DNA from: Lophium mytilinum
Taxonomy: Eukaryota
Reading direction: 5' to 3'
Assembly (NCBI GenBank): GCA_010093605.1
Contig: MU004181.1
Coordinates: forward strand, 1,612,001-1,676,000
Length of the DNA stretch: 64,000 nt
This document shows positions 12,506-26,881 of the stretch, piece after piece. Below the pieces are notes generated by a model. That model did no database searches and was not told where the DNA came from. It was given only the letters and a program-made list of their open reading frames with translations. Within the stretch, counting starts at the first letter, position 1, and every line of letters starts with the position of its first letter. A program made the position numbers and the translations under genes.

Positions 12506-14351
12506 TCACACCGCCTCCCTCCTCTCCTCCCCACTCTTCTCTTGCCTCAGCACACTCTCCCGATGCGCATTCGCCGCCGCTACATCAGCAGGGCGTATAC
12601 TACTCGCCCTCCTGACCTCTTCCTCCTCCCGCTCCACAAACGCTTGCGGCCGCTTACTCACGACCGCGTCCTTGTCCCGCCATACGAGGAGGGGCGCGTT
12701 GCCTGCGAAAAAGCGGTCCAAGTCTTCCAGCGAGCGGCCCGCAGTCTCAGGGTACAAGAAATAGACGATAGGCACGAAAGCGGCGTTGAAGACGGTCCAG
12801 ATGATGTAGAATTTCCACTTTAAAGACGAGATCCCGGGAGGCGTGATTTCGACCACTTTAGAAATTAAGGCTTAGTGTGAGTAAAGAAGAGGGCGGGAGA
12901 AAGAAAGTCTCACCCATGAAATTGAAAATCCAGTTTGTTGCTGTACCCAATGCTGCGCCTTTTGTGCGCATGCTCAGACTGTTGATCTCCGTCGGGTACA
13001 GCCATGGCACGCCCTGCCACCCGATGCCGAAGAATATGTAGTAGAGGAAGAAGAAGCCGATGCTTGCTTTCGCCCACGCGAGGCGGGTTGGCCCGGAGAG
13101 GGTTGTGTTTTCGTTTTGCGAGATGGTGATGGTGATGACGAGGTAGCAGAGGGCTTGGCCGGCGGCGGCGTACATCATCATTTTGCGCCGGCCCCAGCGC
13201 TCGACGTTGGGGATGCCGATGAGCGAGAAGAGGAGGTAGGAGACGCTATTGCAGGCGGCGAGGAGGCGTGCCATGGTGTTGGTGAGGTGCACGGATTGGA
13301 TGAAGACGATGGGGAGGTAATACGATGTTACGTTTATGCCGGCTGGAGGGGGTCAGTGGGTGGGTGGCTTCTGGCGGGGGGGAAGTTACGCACATAGTTG
13401 CTGCATGGCCTGCGTTCCCATTCCTAGAAATAGGCGTCGCATGGTGTGGGTTCCGCCTTGCCCGCCAGTTCGTCCACGGAGAAGGTCTCGCCAGGGAACA
13501 GAATTTTCGCGCTCGTATTCCACACCCCATTGGATGTCTTTTGATTGAGTGATGATGAAGGGGTCGTCGATGTCTGTGGATTCGAGGTCTGCTAGAATCT
13601 GCTCGGCCTCGTCAACCTTCCCCTTAGCAATGAGCCATCGAGGGGACTCCGGAAGCCAGGGGACAGTTGCGTAGAGGATGAAAATGAAGATGAATTGGAA
13701 GGCTAAGGGGAAACGCCAGGCGACCGGTCCGCCAACAAAGGAGAACCCGTATGTCATCCAATTGGAGAGCGAGAAGCCGGCAATGTTCATGATCATTTCG
13801 ATGACAATGGGTTTGCCGCGCCAGCTGGCTTTTGAGGTTTCGCCTTGCCATACTGGGGCGGTGGACGTGTTGATGCCATTGCCGATGCCTGCGACGATCC
13901 TATAGATAGGGATGAGGCGGACGTTAATGTGTATATGTTCGAACTGGTTTCTTACCTGCCAACGATCATTTGGGGAACGCTGAACGCGGAAATTTGAATG
14001 ACAGCCCCAACGCTCATGATGGTGGTTCCAAGTAGAATAGACTTCTTCCGTCCTAGGGGGCCACCAATCATGATGGTCAAAATGGCTCCAAAGAAGCATC
14101 CAATGTCGTATAGCGCCGTAACAGTGCTTTGCAAAGTAGTTTTGCCATTGAGATCAAGGGTGTCCAGAAAGTCTTGCGTGACGAGAACACCACCTGTTCG
14201 AGATATCAGCAAGTGATAGATGGGGCTAAACGAGTTTGCACTACTGACCAAAAACACCCTGATCATAACCAAAAAGCGTCATATCAGTAGCACACGCTAT
14301 CGTAACCCAAAAAGTAAGCCATGGCCCTTTTAATCCAAAATACGGTTTCAT
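12506..14351 (-). CDS. MFS sugar porter, STL1-like, multi-exon
   Basis: MKPYFGLKGPWL..LFGYDQGVF, GRKKSI, WRFPLAFQ, LPESPRWL, MQQL, ERWGRR, WLYPTEI, YPETAGRSLE motifs across spliced ORFs. Confidence 0.93.
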
Positions 14352-14756
14352 CTTCGCGGAAACGGTTCACAGCACGGCTACACTTGAACGTGGATGGTGA
14401 GACAGTACTCAACACTAACGGCGACACGGCAACGGATATAAACACAAACGGTGGCACGCGCACAACTCTTGGAAACATAATGGGCATCATAGTGCACCGC
14501 ATGCCCTTTACGACGTTTGCTCCCTATTGGCTGGTCGGTTCGAGATGACGGAAGGGTGTCGTCCACAGATGCACCCCGCAAGACCGTCGCAACGCTCCCG
14601 CTAGCCTGTAACGACACGATCGTCCGCCGAGCATTGATCGGACTGGTGCTACATGGCGGGGGCGGGACTGGGAAATCGGACCGTGAGATCGAGCGTGCAT
14701 GATGATCCGACAGACTCGCCGAGCTTTCTTCCACAGGCGAAGGTTAAGTAGGCACG

Positions 14757-14998
14757 GCTCTTCATTATCGAAATAAGCGGCCGATTTGAGGCACATGCAA
14801 CACGACACGACAACAAGCAAACCTCTCCCAATTTCCACCCAAATTGAAAACTCTAAGCTTGCAGCTGCAAGCCAGACTATGAGGCTTTAATCTTTTTCGA
14901 CTTTCTTGAAGTTTGGCTTAGTTTTGGGAGAGAATCGTGTGTTCTTGTATGGCGGTGCTTGTGCCTTAAACGGGCCGCTTATTTCGATGACGAAGAGC
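14757..14998. mobile_element. Foldback/MITE-like element with ~43-bp imperfect inverted arms
   Basis: 14757-14799 matches the reverse complement of 14956-14998 at 37/43 positions; weaker similarity continues inward; no clear TSD. Confidence 0.55.
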
Positions 14999-15431
14999 AC
15001 GGGTGGTATATGAAGCTATCCCAAGGGTGTATCCCATCAATGCGCGTAGTAGGGCGTCATTCTATGAGAGATTGGATTAATGAAGAACGTGGTATGCTAA
15101 TCGGAGGCGCTGATCTAAGAAAGTAAGATTTACTAAATCATGTGACTTGTCACGTGGGCATTGAAGCATACGAAAAGAACTGGGTTTTTGTTCGCCCTCA
15201 ATTTCAATCCTCGAACTATTATTCCATTTCTAATTTTTCCTCGCATAAGAGGACGATATCATTCTTGAAATCCGGTCATTTAATTCCGCCAAGGATCCGA
15301 AGCCAATGGTTTAGAAGCCCGCTCCCACGTTCTCTCAACCTTCATCTAATCGCAACGCTTTTCATCGCGCTCCACCAACGCCTCCTGCTTCGACATGTTT
15401 GCCATTGAATACTCTTCCCGCTGTACGAGAG

Positions 15432-17094
15432 ATGCAATATGCACGATCCGTCACCGCGACCGCTCTTGTAGTGTCTGGCGTTGCACTCGCGATGATCCTC
15501 GTGGTTGATGTGACTATGTTCTCCTCAACCTACTTTTGGCCATTGCTACTCCTACCTCACGCCGCTGCACAATCTACTGCTAAGTTGAGCTGGCACCCAC
15601 CCGTTGCGTCTTGGATCACCAATCTGTCCGACATCATCAACGGAACTGGCACGCACGGCTTCATCTTCAACTCCTCCAAACTGCCTCAAGGCACAGAATA
15701 TGCCGGAACGTATAACTGGTGTAATATGCCCCATGCTAGATTGGAAAGCTATCCGGAAGTCTCCCAGAAGTATGAACTTGACTACGTCGAGGTGGTAGGT
15801 CAATCTAAGTCCCAATACTAGCATAAAGAATACTTAATAACGAAGCATATCGTACATTAGATCCACCGTCACCACAAACGTATATTTCCCTTTTATATAT
15901 GCATTATCCATATTCATATTAATAAGTAATTTAATAGGTACCCCATATGAGTCGAACCTCTTCCCTCAAGAGGTACCCCCTTGGTCCTGCACTGACACGG
16001 CATTCTCATACGCCTCCGGTCCCACAGGCCCGCAAGCCCACCATCCCGCGGATACATCCTTAGAGACCTCTTACCACCCCTCCAATCCGTTCATAGCCCC
16101 AGTGACCACCAACTGGACTTGCCAGTTCCCACAAATTACACACGGAGGTCTTGAAGACTCCTATCAACACGGCCGCGACCTCTACTCCATATACCATGGC
16201 AAACATGCCTTCCTCCCCGACTTGGATGACCAATTCATCCAATTTCGCGTCACAAACAATCGTATAACCAGCCAAGTTGCCGGAATGGTCATTGCAGGAA
16301 TGTACGGTTCCGACTCACTGCAAGACCTTGATCACTCCCTCGGGGTGCTGCTCCGCGTCCAGCCTTACCCAATTGACAGCCTCGAGCCCGGCTACCCTTG
16401 CCCTACCGCCGAGGACGTTTACTCTACATATGCTGTCGGTAGCAATAACACCGCCTGGATCTCTCATCTCTCCGCTGCGAAGCCCGTATTCACTACTCTA
16501 GACAACGCCTCCAAAATCGAAGCGAACGACACAGATTGGCACGTATCATTTGACCACTACTTCGACAACCTCTCCGCGCGCCAATGCCACAGCCTCCCTC
16601 TACCCCCCGGGATCTCTCAAGACACAGCGAACGCAGTATACCGCCTTGGGCAGCACGAGTACAGCCTCATCTATCGCGCGCTCGAACCCAGCTTGGAATT
16701 TTCGGCAGGTAGTTACGGCGTTTGGCTCGCGGAGCTGGCAGACAATATCGAGAAGCGCTGGCACAGAGAGAGCAAAATAAGGTTCAGACATAACGTGGCA
16801 CATGATGGGTCGATTAGTAGGCTGTTGTCAGTTCTGCAGGTAGAAACTATGGTGTGGCCTGGCATGGGCGCGGAACTAGTGTTCGAGGTGTACAAATTGA
16901 GGAGTCGGGAGAATAAAGACATGAGGAACGGGAAGAGGTGGGTGAGGGTTCTATGGGGCGGGCAGGAGCTGATTAGCTCAAACCCAGTCCTGGGGAAGAT
17001 GCACTTGGTAGAAGCGGAGGTTTTCTTGGATTACATCTACGCCTTCACGGGAGAAAAGGCGGTAAAAGTGAAGGCTTTCTGCGAGTCAAAGTAG
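15432..17094 (+). CDS. Secreted histidine acid phosphatase family protein
   Basis: Hydrophobic N terminus; RHHKRTP catalytic motif built by a 19-nt microexon (15861-15879) between introns 15795-15860 and 15880-15937; C-terminal AHDG motif. The start could instead be ATG 15516. Confidence 0.88.
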
Positions 17095-17217
17095 CCTCTG
17101 AGGTCCATATCCTTGAAAAAGTGGGAGTGCCGTATGAACACGCAGGATAAAGCCATTGATCGTACATGTCTTTGACCTGTCAGTGGCCTTCCACCTATGG
17201 AACTGATGCATACTACA

Positions 17218-19239
17218 TCAACGCCTCCCCCTCACCAAGATCTCCGCCGCACGCTCCGCAACCGCATAAATCGTGCTCGTCAAATGCCCCGATACTTGCC
17301 CTGGAAGCACACTCGCATCCACAACCCTCACATTCAGCGTCCCATACACCCTCAACTCGTTATCCACCACCCCTCCCAACTCCCGACTCATCATCGCCGC
17401 CGTGCCCACCGGGTGGTAGTTCGGCCCAAATGTCCCTTTCAAGAACTCGATATACACCTCATCCGGTCCATCTGTTGGCACGGTAGTCGTATTCGGTATC
17501 AACTCGGGCCCAACAAGTGGGGCGAGAGGCGCCACGGTGTACGACTTTCGGAGATACCGCGCGATAGCGGTCTGCGCGAGCTGGTCAAACTCAAACTGGA
17601 AGAAATTGGGTTGGATGGCTGGATAGGCGGTTGGGTCGGTAGACTGTGTGTGCACGCTTCCCCGTGAGAAGGTCTGGAGGATCCAGAACGGGGTGATGAG
17701 TTCGGGAGAACCGGCGACGGGGACCGAGAGGATCTCGGCGAGGGGGGTGGAGCTGTGGAAGATCACGTCGGCTTGGAGGGAGAAGATGGTCTCGAGGGCG
17801 GAGGCGTTGAGGGCGTTGTTGGAGGTTGAGGCCACCGCCGCGGCGTAGGAGGGGATGGAGCGCCGGAGGGTGGCTTCGATGGTGCTAGTTGAAGAGCCGA
17901 AAAGGTCGGCTGCTGTGGCGTGCGAGACGTAGGGAGGATAACCGGTTGTGTTTAGGGAAAGGGTGGTGGCGAAGACGTTGTTGGGTTGGTCTTGGAGGTT
18001 TTCGCCGACGGAGGGGAGAGCGACGCGAACGGGGATGGAATACTTGGCTAGGATGCTATGGAGAGAAAATGTTAAGTTTGATGTCATGAAGGTAAGGGAT
18101 ATCCAGAAAAGACTTTGGAGTTTGAACTTGGGAAGAGGAGCTGGGGCTGCTAGGAAAGTTGAGCTAGATGTAGTAGATGGAGATTGCACATACTCTGGGT
18201 TCCCGATACCTGAGTGTTCCAAGAAGACAGGAGTTCGCAGAGATCCGGCCGATACGATCACCTCGCGAGTAGCAGAGATATTAGAGACTACCCCTCCAAC
18301 GGTTGTGATCTCAACTCCCGTTGCAATATTTTTATCTTGATCGCCATTCCATAGCAGCTTGTTAGCAACCGTATTCAGATACAGGTGGAGATTTGGGCGT
18401 TCAGCAGCGAAGGGATAGTAGTAAGCTCGCGCTGCGTCCTGGCGAATGCCCTTCCCACCAACGCTATTGTTCAGCGTGAATGGCCAGACAGAGAAGCCGC
18501 GTAACTGGCCACCGTTAACGTCCGCGATGTACGGTAATCCGACGTTCTGCCAAGTTTCATTGAGGATGGAGTGAGCTTCACCCCCCATCAGGGTCGTGCT
18601 CCATCCAACCGTGAGTCGACCATGGAAGCCATGATAGTCTTTGTTGTATGCTGCTCCTTCGTCTTGTTGCTGAGCGTTTGGTATTTGGAACTTCTCGCTC
18701 TTCTTGTAGTACGGCCTAGGGTCATCAGACCCGGTGACATGAAAACCTGAGGACTTCTACTCACCATAAAGAATCCCAATCCCAGCCGTCGTTTCCTAGC
18801 TTTTCCCAGGTATCAATCTGGGCAGCTTCAGGACGTATATATGTCATTCCTGTAAACGAGTCAACGCGTTGACCGAGCGCGTCTAGCTGAGATTGAAATA
18901 CTTACCATTGATGGTACTAGTCCCTCCCAATGCTTTCCCAGAGTTATACGTCAAAGTACGATTCGAAGCATACTTCTGAGGCTCGGCTGGATACGCCCAA
19001 TCAATCGCCGTTCCTAAAGCTTGCCCAAAGGCTGCCGTGTCCGTAACATTGGGATTGTTAAACACCGAATCTCCAGCCTCAATGACCGCGACTGTAATGT
19101 GCGGATTCTCCGACAATCTATTTGCCACTACAAGTCCAGCTGTCCCTCCGCCTACTACAATGTAGTCATAGCAAGGCGTACTAGAGGAACCGCAATTGAT
19201 AAAGACCGCGTGAAGCAGCAGAACGAGAAGAACGAGCAT
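17218..19239 (-). CDS. Secreted GMC oxidoreductase (glucose oxidase/dehydrogenase-like, AA3)
   Basis: Signal peptide; VGGGTAG FAD motif; GKALGGTSTING; SAGSLRTP; VGENLQD; YHPVGT; RVVDAS; GHL. Four exons join in frame. Confidence 0.93.
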
Positions 19240-21118
19240 GGTAGAAATGGAGAAGTTTACGCGAGTGAAAGATTACTGGCGAGGAGGAGAAAGGGTGCGT
19301 TGTGGACGTATATTAAAGCCGGAACCTCGCGTGATCGCGTGTTTCCCCATAATGGACTAAAGCATGCACTATTTGGTCATCTTCGAGGGGTACTGCGGAG
19401 ATTCTGGGGTTGGTGGTTAGACTGTACCTGGAAACAGTGATCAGCGGCTTACGAGCGGGACAAATGTATACTTCGGTATTAGCGTCTGTGTTACCTAGAC
19501 ACCCTTGCGTAGCATTCTCATTGTTCATACGAGGTAGCATTATGATGTAGAAAGTATCTGTTGCTGTGTGTTTGCGTACTTATGCATGCACGAAGAGAGG
19601 GGTGGCTAAAGAGAAGATGCCTGTTCACCGAGTCATTAGTCTGGTTTCGTCACAGATGTGAAAGCTTGCTAATGAGATTGGCTGTGGGCTACACGAAACA
19701 CCAACAATCATCCACTTCCTCCCACCTGACATGAACGAAGAAGCGTCTTCACGATACCGGTCTCTTGGGTATGTGTCTTCTTATTTATAGGCGAGTATGT
19801 TGAAAGCATTACGATGCTCAGCGCTGTTTGATTTTTTTATAACCTACGACGCGTAATCCATCCCGGCCTTTGACCGTGCAACTGCAAATGCGCGTTCTTT
19901 GCCGGCTAATAGTGCGGATTCCTATTCCTCTTCCTCCAATGAACAGGCTCAGAATTTGGCTTCATGCCCTTCCAAACAAGTCGTTGCTAATGCTTGCAAA
20001 GCATCGAAAGAAGTGAGCAGTTTGTATGGACAAACTCCTAGCGCAAGCAACCGCCTCCGCAAGCATGATTAACACTTCTTGAGATGTTTGCAAAGCTTAA
20101 GTGCTTCCTCATTTACCTCTCATTTCCCGCTTTGAGCTCTTATAAGGATAGACTAACAATACCCAGATAGACAGCCGGGTGGTGTGAGGGAAGATTTCAC
20201 AAGGTATATCACGCTCCCGTCTGCCTGATCCACCACGCTGGGACAGTTCTACATTATCTCCCACTGAATTGCTCGAACGAAAGGTGATCCAGATTCAGAA
20301 GAGGATATCCAGATCGCCACGGTCTGCGCAGCAATCCCGGCGTCGACGATGACATTCCTCTTTGTAGCTTCTCAACACCAGGGAGTGCTCGATGCGTTAG
20401 CGTCGACTACTCTACCAACGCGGAGCCTGAGCCAACTAACTCGTTTTGGTGCGGTAAGCCTGCTTGGATTGAGATCGACTTACCCAAGAAAAGCACTAAG
20501 GGATTGCGTATCCAGAAAAGTGCGTTCATTGGGTATCCATGCCAATGCCTTAAAAAACTAATACACTGGAAACAAATTTGAGATGCTAATTGGCGGAATG
20601 ATAGTGAGCGGCAATTCATTCGATGCTTAGGATATGGGAGTATTGATTTGTATTCCTGATTGCCTCATCGTCAAGCTGAAGGTACCGAATCCTTCATGAG
20701 CACGAAGTGCTTCGGTGAGTAATCATGGAAATAGTTACTACAAAAAGCATCAGCCTACTCACAGCTTCAATTTCACGGCGTCGACAAACAAGAGTAGGTA
20801 CGACTTGCCGAAGCGAAGCAACTTCCACACCAAGCCGCTTTTCGGAGCTGTTAAAAGACAAGGTAGCCGATGACATTCGGCAATAAGCGTCAAGTGCTTC
20901 GCCGTCTCGGTGAATTATTAAATAGTCGAGCTTTCGAAGTATACTCTCGAGACACCTTCTGATAACTTCCCCCGGTCAATCCCAACAAAACCTCAAGCAT
21001 TCCACTGCCTCAGCGTCTCCAATTGCAACGACACCTCCCATTATTTCAATACTTGTTTATATATCACTACTAGTAAGAACCCTCACGCTAAGGAGCCGCA
21101 TCATACACGTGGCAAACC

Positions 21119-22781
21119 ATGCCAAAACGGCGCAGCTCTAGGTGGCCGTGGTAGCGGTTCTCTGCCCCACTTGAAGTACCGTTCGAGCCACTCCAAATTG
21201 AAGGAGGCGATGTCCTTGTTTGCCTATTTGAACGTGACTCCGATATGCTTATACCGTCAAGCTCTGTTCTCCGCCGTATTCCGTGGTTCGATGCTCGCCT
21301 GAGCTCGCGCTGGGATCCAGATGAGGTACGAAATGGCACGAACCCAGTCACCGGGGAGCAAATTAAGATCTGGACTTATGGCCTCTGCTACTACGAAGAA
21401 GGCAACTGTTGGTTGCTTGGTTATGTATGTAACACCATTGCTTCAAAGAGACTAGAACGCCAATATTGACGATCGCGTTAGGATATCAGCCCCAGTTACA
21501 GTCCCCCAAAAAACAGAGAGCTTGTTCACGACTATTATTCCAAAGATGAAGCGTTCTATCTTTCAGAGTATGCTTCCGGCTTCGCCGACTCTCGTTGGGG
21601 ACGCGAGGAAGTCCTCATCGATACGACATGGTACCACTACGACGCCATCCGAGACCATAAGGTCCTGTTCGCCCTCATGTATGGCAAGGATATCGATCTG
21701 AATAGTATTCCAATCGGCGAGGCGTGCATATGTCTAGCCAACACTATAGCGTTTTTCGAGTATTACTGTTGCTTCCCAGAAATGGTTGGCCGCATAATCA
21801 CTGCCTTGCGTTCACTTTCTAGTCTATGGAAAGATATCCCTAAGCGCAAATGGTTCTACCTCTCCCTTTCTATCAAGCTCCGGGACTTCAAAATCTACGC
21901 GGAAGCGATACGACACATTGTGGGGTCGGATAGCCTCAACGATATTCCTTCTGCGGTAGTTGAAGCCATTAGGGTTGTTCGAACATTCAAGGGGCTGATA
22001 CTCGAAAAACGAGAATACCTCTACGATCTTGCCACCCATCTTAGGTGCTGCTCCGACACATAAGTATACCCAAAAAGCAAGGTGTTCTTACAAGATGGAA
22101 GGCTGTTCCGACTGTGATTTCATCCCTCGGACCGTGGACTGAAGATCCGGACCTTGACCAAAAGTGGACGGATGTTGAGAACATCGCCAGATCTGTTTAT
22201 AACGACTGGATCTCCCGCTACATCCGTATTAGTGATGTGGGTTACCAGAATGAATCAGGATATCACGTGTAGGTCTCGCTTCTCCCGTTCTACCTGTGCA
22301 CTCAAGTCAGAGTTCGTGCCTCTAATTCAGCGGCAGATCCATTAAGGGGGTATGTTCTCGCATAATCGAGGCGGACCACAACAAGGATACGAGAATGTTT
22401 ACGCGGCGGATCAAGTTCGAGGACTTCGAAGAGGCTTCCCCAGAAGAAGGTCTCAATTGGGCGCACGGGCTTCCAATGCCCACTGCAGTAGAAATGCTAC
22501 ACGAGAAGCTCTTGCTCTGTTTGAAAGAAGCTCGGGAACAGATTGAGTGGATGATCACAGATGAAAATCCTCCGAAAGCGCGCTACGACGAAGTCATTTA
22601 TTTCACGTATACTCATGTCGACGAGGAAGATACCCCATGGTATGGAAAGACTCCTTGGAAGGAGGTCACGTGGCCCAAGATGGACGATTGGGAGCCTGCG
22701 TCGCTGATGTGGCTGGAAGCGATGAGGCCAGATACCATCACCTTAAAAGCTGTGGCAAAAATTGCGCAAAAAACCGTTTGA
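21119..22781 (+). pseudogene. Disrupted fungal hypothetical gene (N terminus loosely BTB-like)
   Basis: ATG 21119 is in frame with GGDVLVCLF..VLRRIPWF but interrupted by TAG at codon 12; intron 21425-21481; frameshift near 22043 between ORFs 21677-22063 and 22045-22272. Confidence 0.55.
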
Positions 22782-22787
22782 CTATTT

Positions 22788-24772
22788 TCATCTTATCCAA
22801 AAGTCCTCATATTCTTCTTCGCCAGCTTCGACGGCCCGAACGGCCTCACCACGCATGGTCCGAGGAACGTATGCTTCTCCGAGCAGAATGTACTGATCCC
22901 CTTCTTGCCGAAGTACGACAGGAACTGTGCATCCTCGAAGCACACAAAGCTTGTCTCCGGGCGCAACATCTTCCGGGCCTAATCCACATTCTCCATGAAT
23001 GTGTCCTTGAATGTACCGGACTTCAGGATTCGGGCTTGGTTTCATCGTCGCCGGCATGAAATAGAACATACTGCGGTGAAAGTGTATGGACATAAGGTTG
23101 TCGATCAGATGAGGGTTATATTCCGCCTGGCAGTTTTGCAAGCTCCCACTGCCATCAGCGTGCAACCAGCTCGCCAGCTCCGAAAGTGTTGGTCCCCTCG
23201 GTTCTAGCCAGAACGCGGCGATGAATCCAAGCGTGCTCGGATACTCTGACAACAAATTGAATGACTGCCATGCCAATCTAAAATGAGCCATCCAAATCTT
23301 GAAGTCTAGATCCGCCGTGGGCTTATCTAAAACGAAGAGTTCATTGCCAACGTTGCGAGGAGGGGAAGAAAATGATGGTGCCGTGGCTTCAATGGTCGCG
23401 ACCGTCTTTCCTCTGACATGAAGCACTGTACCATCTTCAGTAAAATCAAGGACACTTGGAAGAGATCCTCCGGCGCACCAGTCCCCTGGATTCTTGTCTT
23501 CTATAGCACTAATAGTACCTAGAGTCCTGCTAGAAACTGTCGTAGGTTCCATCAACGACCAAACCCACGAAGGTATTCCATACTTAGGGTCGTAACCCAT
23601 TCGGGGGCCGAGAAGCATGTCCAATCCTTCTTCTTGTATCAGTAGACGCATCATGGAATTGATGACTTCAGGTAGTGTCTTTGAGTAGTCCACTTGGATT
23701 TGCTGTCGAATAGAAGGATGGAAACAACTGTAGTAGCCAAAAACCTTGTCTCTTCGATCCGTAGAACGCTTCAGCTGTGCCGAACGCCACTGTCGCAAGC
23801 TCAGGTGTTTACCATTCCTTGCTGCCCCGCGAGCTGGTATGACTTCATCAATCATCAGGTTTGTTGAATGCGCCAGAGTTGCCAATAAGTAGGTTTCCGG
23901 ATCTACCGAGCTCTGCGGTATGGCTTCCACGTCTTTGGGTGACTTTGCGAAGACAGCGCATATTTCTCGCATACAGGCGAAGAATTCATCGTAGCCAAGA
24001 GTATGTTGACCATACATTAGAAGCGCTTTATCAGAGAAGAGGATCTCCTGGACGACCCAGATTCTCTTCCAGTATTCTAGCTTAAAGATACGATTCATCA
24101 TGCTCAGGATCCCCCTCTTGACACTAGTGTTTTGAGTAGTGAATCCTGTTCGCCATACGAGTCGATCAGTCTCTGTGAGCTCAGAATAAGACTTCAAAAG
24201 CTCGAATGTGAGACTTATCAGGTCGTCTGTCGCCTCACCCAGCCAGATCAGCGTTGATGTTGCGTTCGCATAGACATCAGACATCATTTTGACTTGTTCA
24301 TTGCGCTCTTCTATGTGAGTCTGATTGATTGCTACGGCATCGGCCCAAACCACGCGAAAGCTTTCTGAGAGGCGAAGGCGCGACAGAGCGGAATGCAGGT
24401 TTGACGTGACATGCCAAGTGACTTCGTCGAGGAGTATGGTTTTAGGTTCATTCTGACTGCCCCCTATGATGTACTTAGCGCCTACATCTAATGAAGTTAA
24501 AGCTACACATACTTACAAACATATGACAAAGCCTCATAGTCTGGTAGGTCTCCATCATGGACACTGAAACTCGAGCATTTAACTACACTTGGCTCGGCTC
24601 CAGGGTGAATCTTGATCAGACGGAGCTCCCTGCTCGCAAGCTGTTTTCTGTAAACCGTTTTTGCAGCATCCGAGTTCAGTTCTCCGAGTGTAGCTACGAG
24701 CTTTGGTGCTGATACTGGCTGTTTTGGAGATGCACTGCAAGCCGGCTCAACAGAATCCAGCTCTTGCTCCAT
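22788..24772 (-). CDS. HET-domain heterokaryon incompatibility protein (HET-6-like)
   Basis: LRLIKIHPG, YEALSYVWG (across intron 24464-24516), WADAVAINQ..ERNEQV..M..VY..A, WLG, YWKRIWVVQE, TDRRDKVFG, PSWV, GDKLCVLRGC..PVVLR..LLGEAYV..MRGE. Confidence 0.93.
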
Positions 24773-26160
24773 GGAAACAGTGATGTTCGTTGATACTAGC
24801 GCCAACTACTGGTTCAACTCTTGTTTCTAGTGAACGCACGCGGTGAATCTACCTACGTCACCCGACGGAATTTGGCCACTTGTGGAGCTCTGATTGATGA
24901 GCTAATCCATAATGCACTTTGTGGTGCAGTTACTATGTATAATTTAGTGCAGGTGCGGGGTAGTCGGTGGCACTAATCTCAAGAAGCCACGCAGCTTTCA
25001 AGTGGAATATCTTGTTTAGCCACAGGATCTTGAAGGGAAACCGACCTAATGTAAGACTGGAAGTTACCCTGAATATTAACGTCGAGTTGTGGCCTGCGTT
25101 AAAACTAACGCTAAACGCTGTCTATAGCCAAATCCACCCAATTTGTCGACTCTGGAAGAATTGTTCATTGGCGAAACAGTGCCTGTGCGCCCTCAAGTTT
25201 TTGCCCTCTTAATCACTTCCCCGTCCTTGAGCTCATTTGGCTTACAACTCAACTACTGTTTAATCAAGATGGCTCTCCGGTACACCTCTATCTAGGCCAC
25301 CAGCTTGTTCGTCTTCGCCTAGAATAGAACCCTAGTCAGGACCCCAAGTCTCCACGTTTGTTAAACAGGCTGCATTGATAACGACACCTCTTAGATTGAA
25401 GGGCGGGTCGGCAATTGATGGAAATAATGGCGAAGAAATAGAAAATCCGGCATTTACGAAGACTCTCACTGTGGACTTTGATTGCTACTGGCTTCAGGAT
25501 CTTGTAATACACGAAACAGACATGAGGCTCGTCACCTCACCTCACTACACCAGACTTTCTACGTCTTCTATCCAGACTACCTAGTTCTTCTACAATTCGT
25601 CCACTTATTTCCTGCCTCATCTCGCCATCCTTTAACGATCATCATCCTTATTAATCATCACCACCCGTCCACCACTATTTCTATGCATTGATACTATAGA
25701 GGATTCCATTACCAGCGACAATGAGGCCACCACGATCGAGTTGCTGCGAGAACAGAACCAGAAGCTAGAGTTTGTAGCCAGTTTGCCCATTTGAAACCGT
25801 ACTGACTCCACAAAAGGAACTCGTAGTGCTTGCGATTGCCAGCAACGTACTCCAACAACAATTGCTAGACTTAAGTTGCGCGAGCGCGACGCGATCGGCA
25901 GCATCAACAACGGAGATCTTAGATCTGCCCGCGATCTCTCAGAGGCCGTTGCTACGGGGATCCAAATTCAGCAGCGCGTAGCGAATGTTGGAAACATGAG
26001 TGTGGTGGAACAAAGAGAAGTGCCGTGACGCGCTCTGTGGGGAATGTTGTGATTTGGTACGTTGAACAAAAATGCTGATGAAGACTCGACTCTAGTCATG
26101 AGCTGTGGATTATGGGAGGAGGGAGAGCACAGTGGATGTAATGGTGCGGGTTCCCAGCTG

Positions 26161-26881
26161 CTACTTGACGTACTCCTGCTTGATCCAGGAAATCTCCTCG
26201 TCGACCGGGATGTGGTACGTAGACTTCCGAGCGTTGGCGCTGCGGCCCGGTGCGGTGTTTACGCATTTGTCACACGGTGACTTGCAGGCGATATATTTGC
26301 CGCTCTTGATTTCGGAAATGGCCTGGAACTTGACCGCCAGAAGATGCTCCACCACATTGAGCGCCAAACCGATCTCTTTCTTGCTGCACTTCTCTAGGAT
26401 TTCTGCAGGCATTCTTCCCAGGAGCACGAAAGTAGACGACACACCCTCCTGCTTCCAATGGCGTGAGTGTAATGACTTCCCGGTCTGATAGTGCCTTTGG
26501 TGGTATGTGATTCTTGCATACACATTCTCCGCCTGGCCGACGTAGAGTCGAAACCACGCAGGATCGTCACCTTTGGTGTGAATATTTATATCCCTTGGCT
26601 GGTCGCATTTGGCTCTACGATATCGATAAGAATACAACCAATAGGAAGCTTCAAGTGATAGGATCTGCAGCGAAATACTTGAGCAACACCTGCCCCCTAG
26701 GCTTTTCGTACACTAGCCTAGCACCGCCTGGGGTTCTGTAGTACATTATAAGAGATCGGAAAAGGTCAGGCTTAATAAGACTGAAAGCTTTGTGAGCTAC
26801 CTTAAACGGTGTCAGACTGTCCCTGTACACAGTGTTCAACAGAAATTCCGAGGGTTGCGCCACAACGGGCCAAGGGAGCAT
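26161..26881 (-). pseudogene. GIY-YIG endonuclease-like pseudogene
   Basis: FRLYVGQA..ARITYH..LNVVEH core; the upstream SQGI* lies in another frame, consistent with a frameshifted GIY motif; a second frameshift near 26655. Confidence 0.6.

Noticed and set aside
21119..21154. TAG as an A-to-I editable premature stop
   Set aside because: The same gene also has a frameshift, so decay is the simpler explanation.
25269..26030. Short plus-strand ORF fragments
   Set aside because: Could be a decayed gene, but no coherent frame or motif could be supported.
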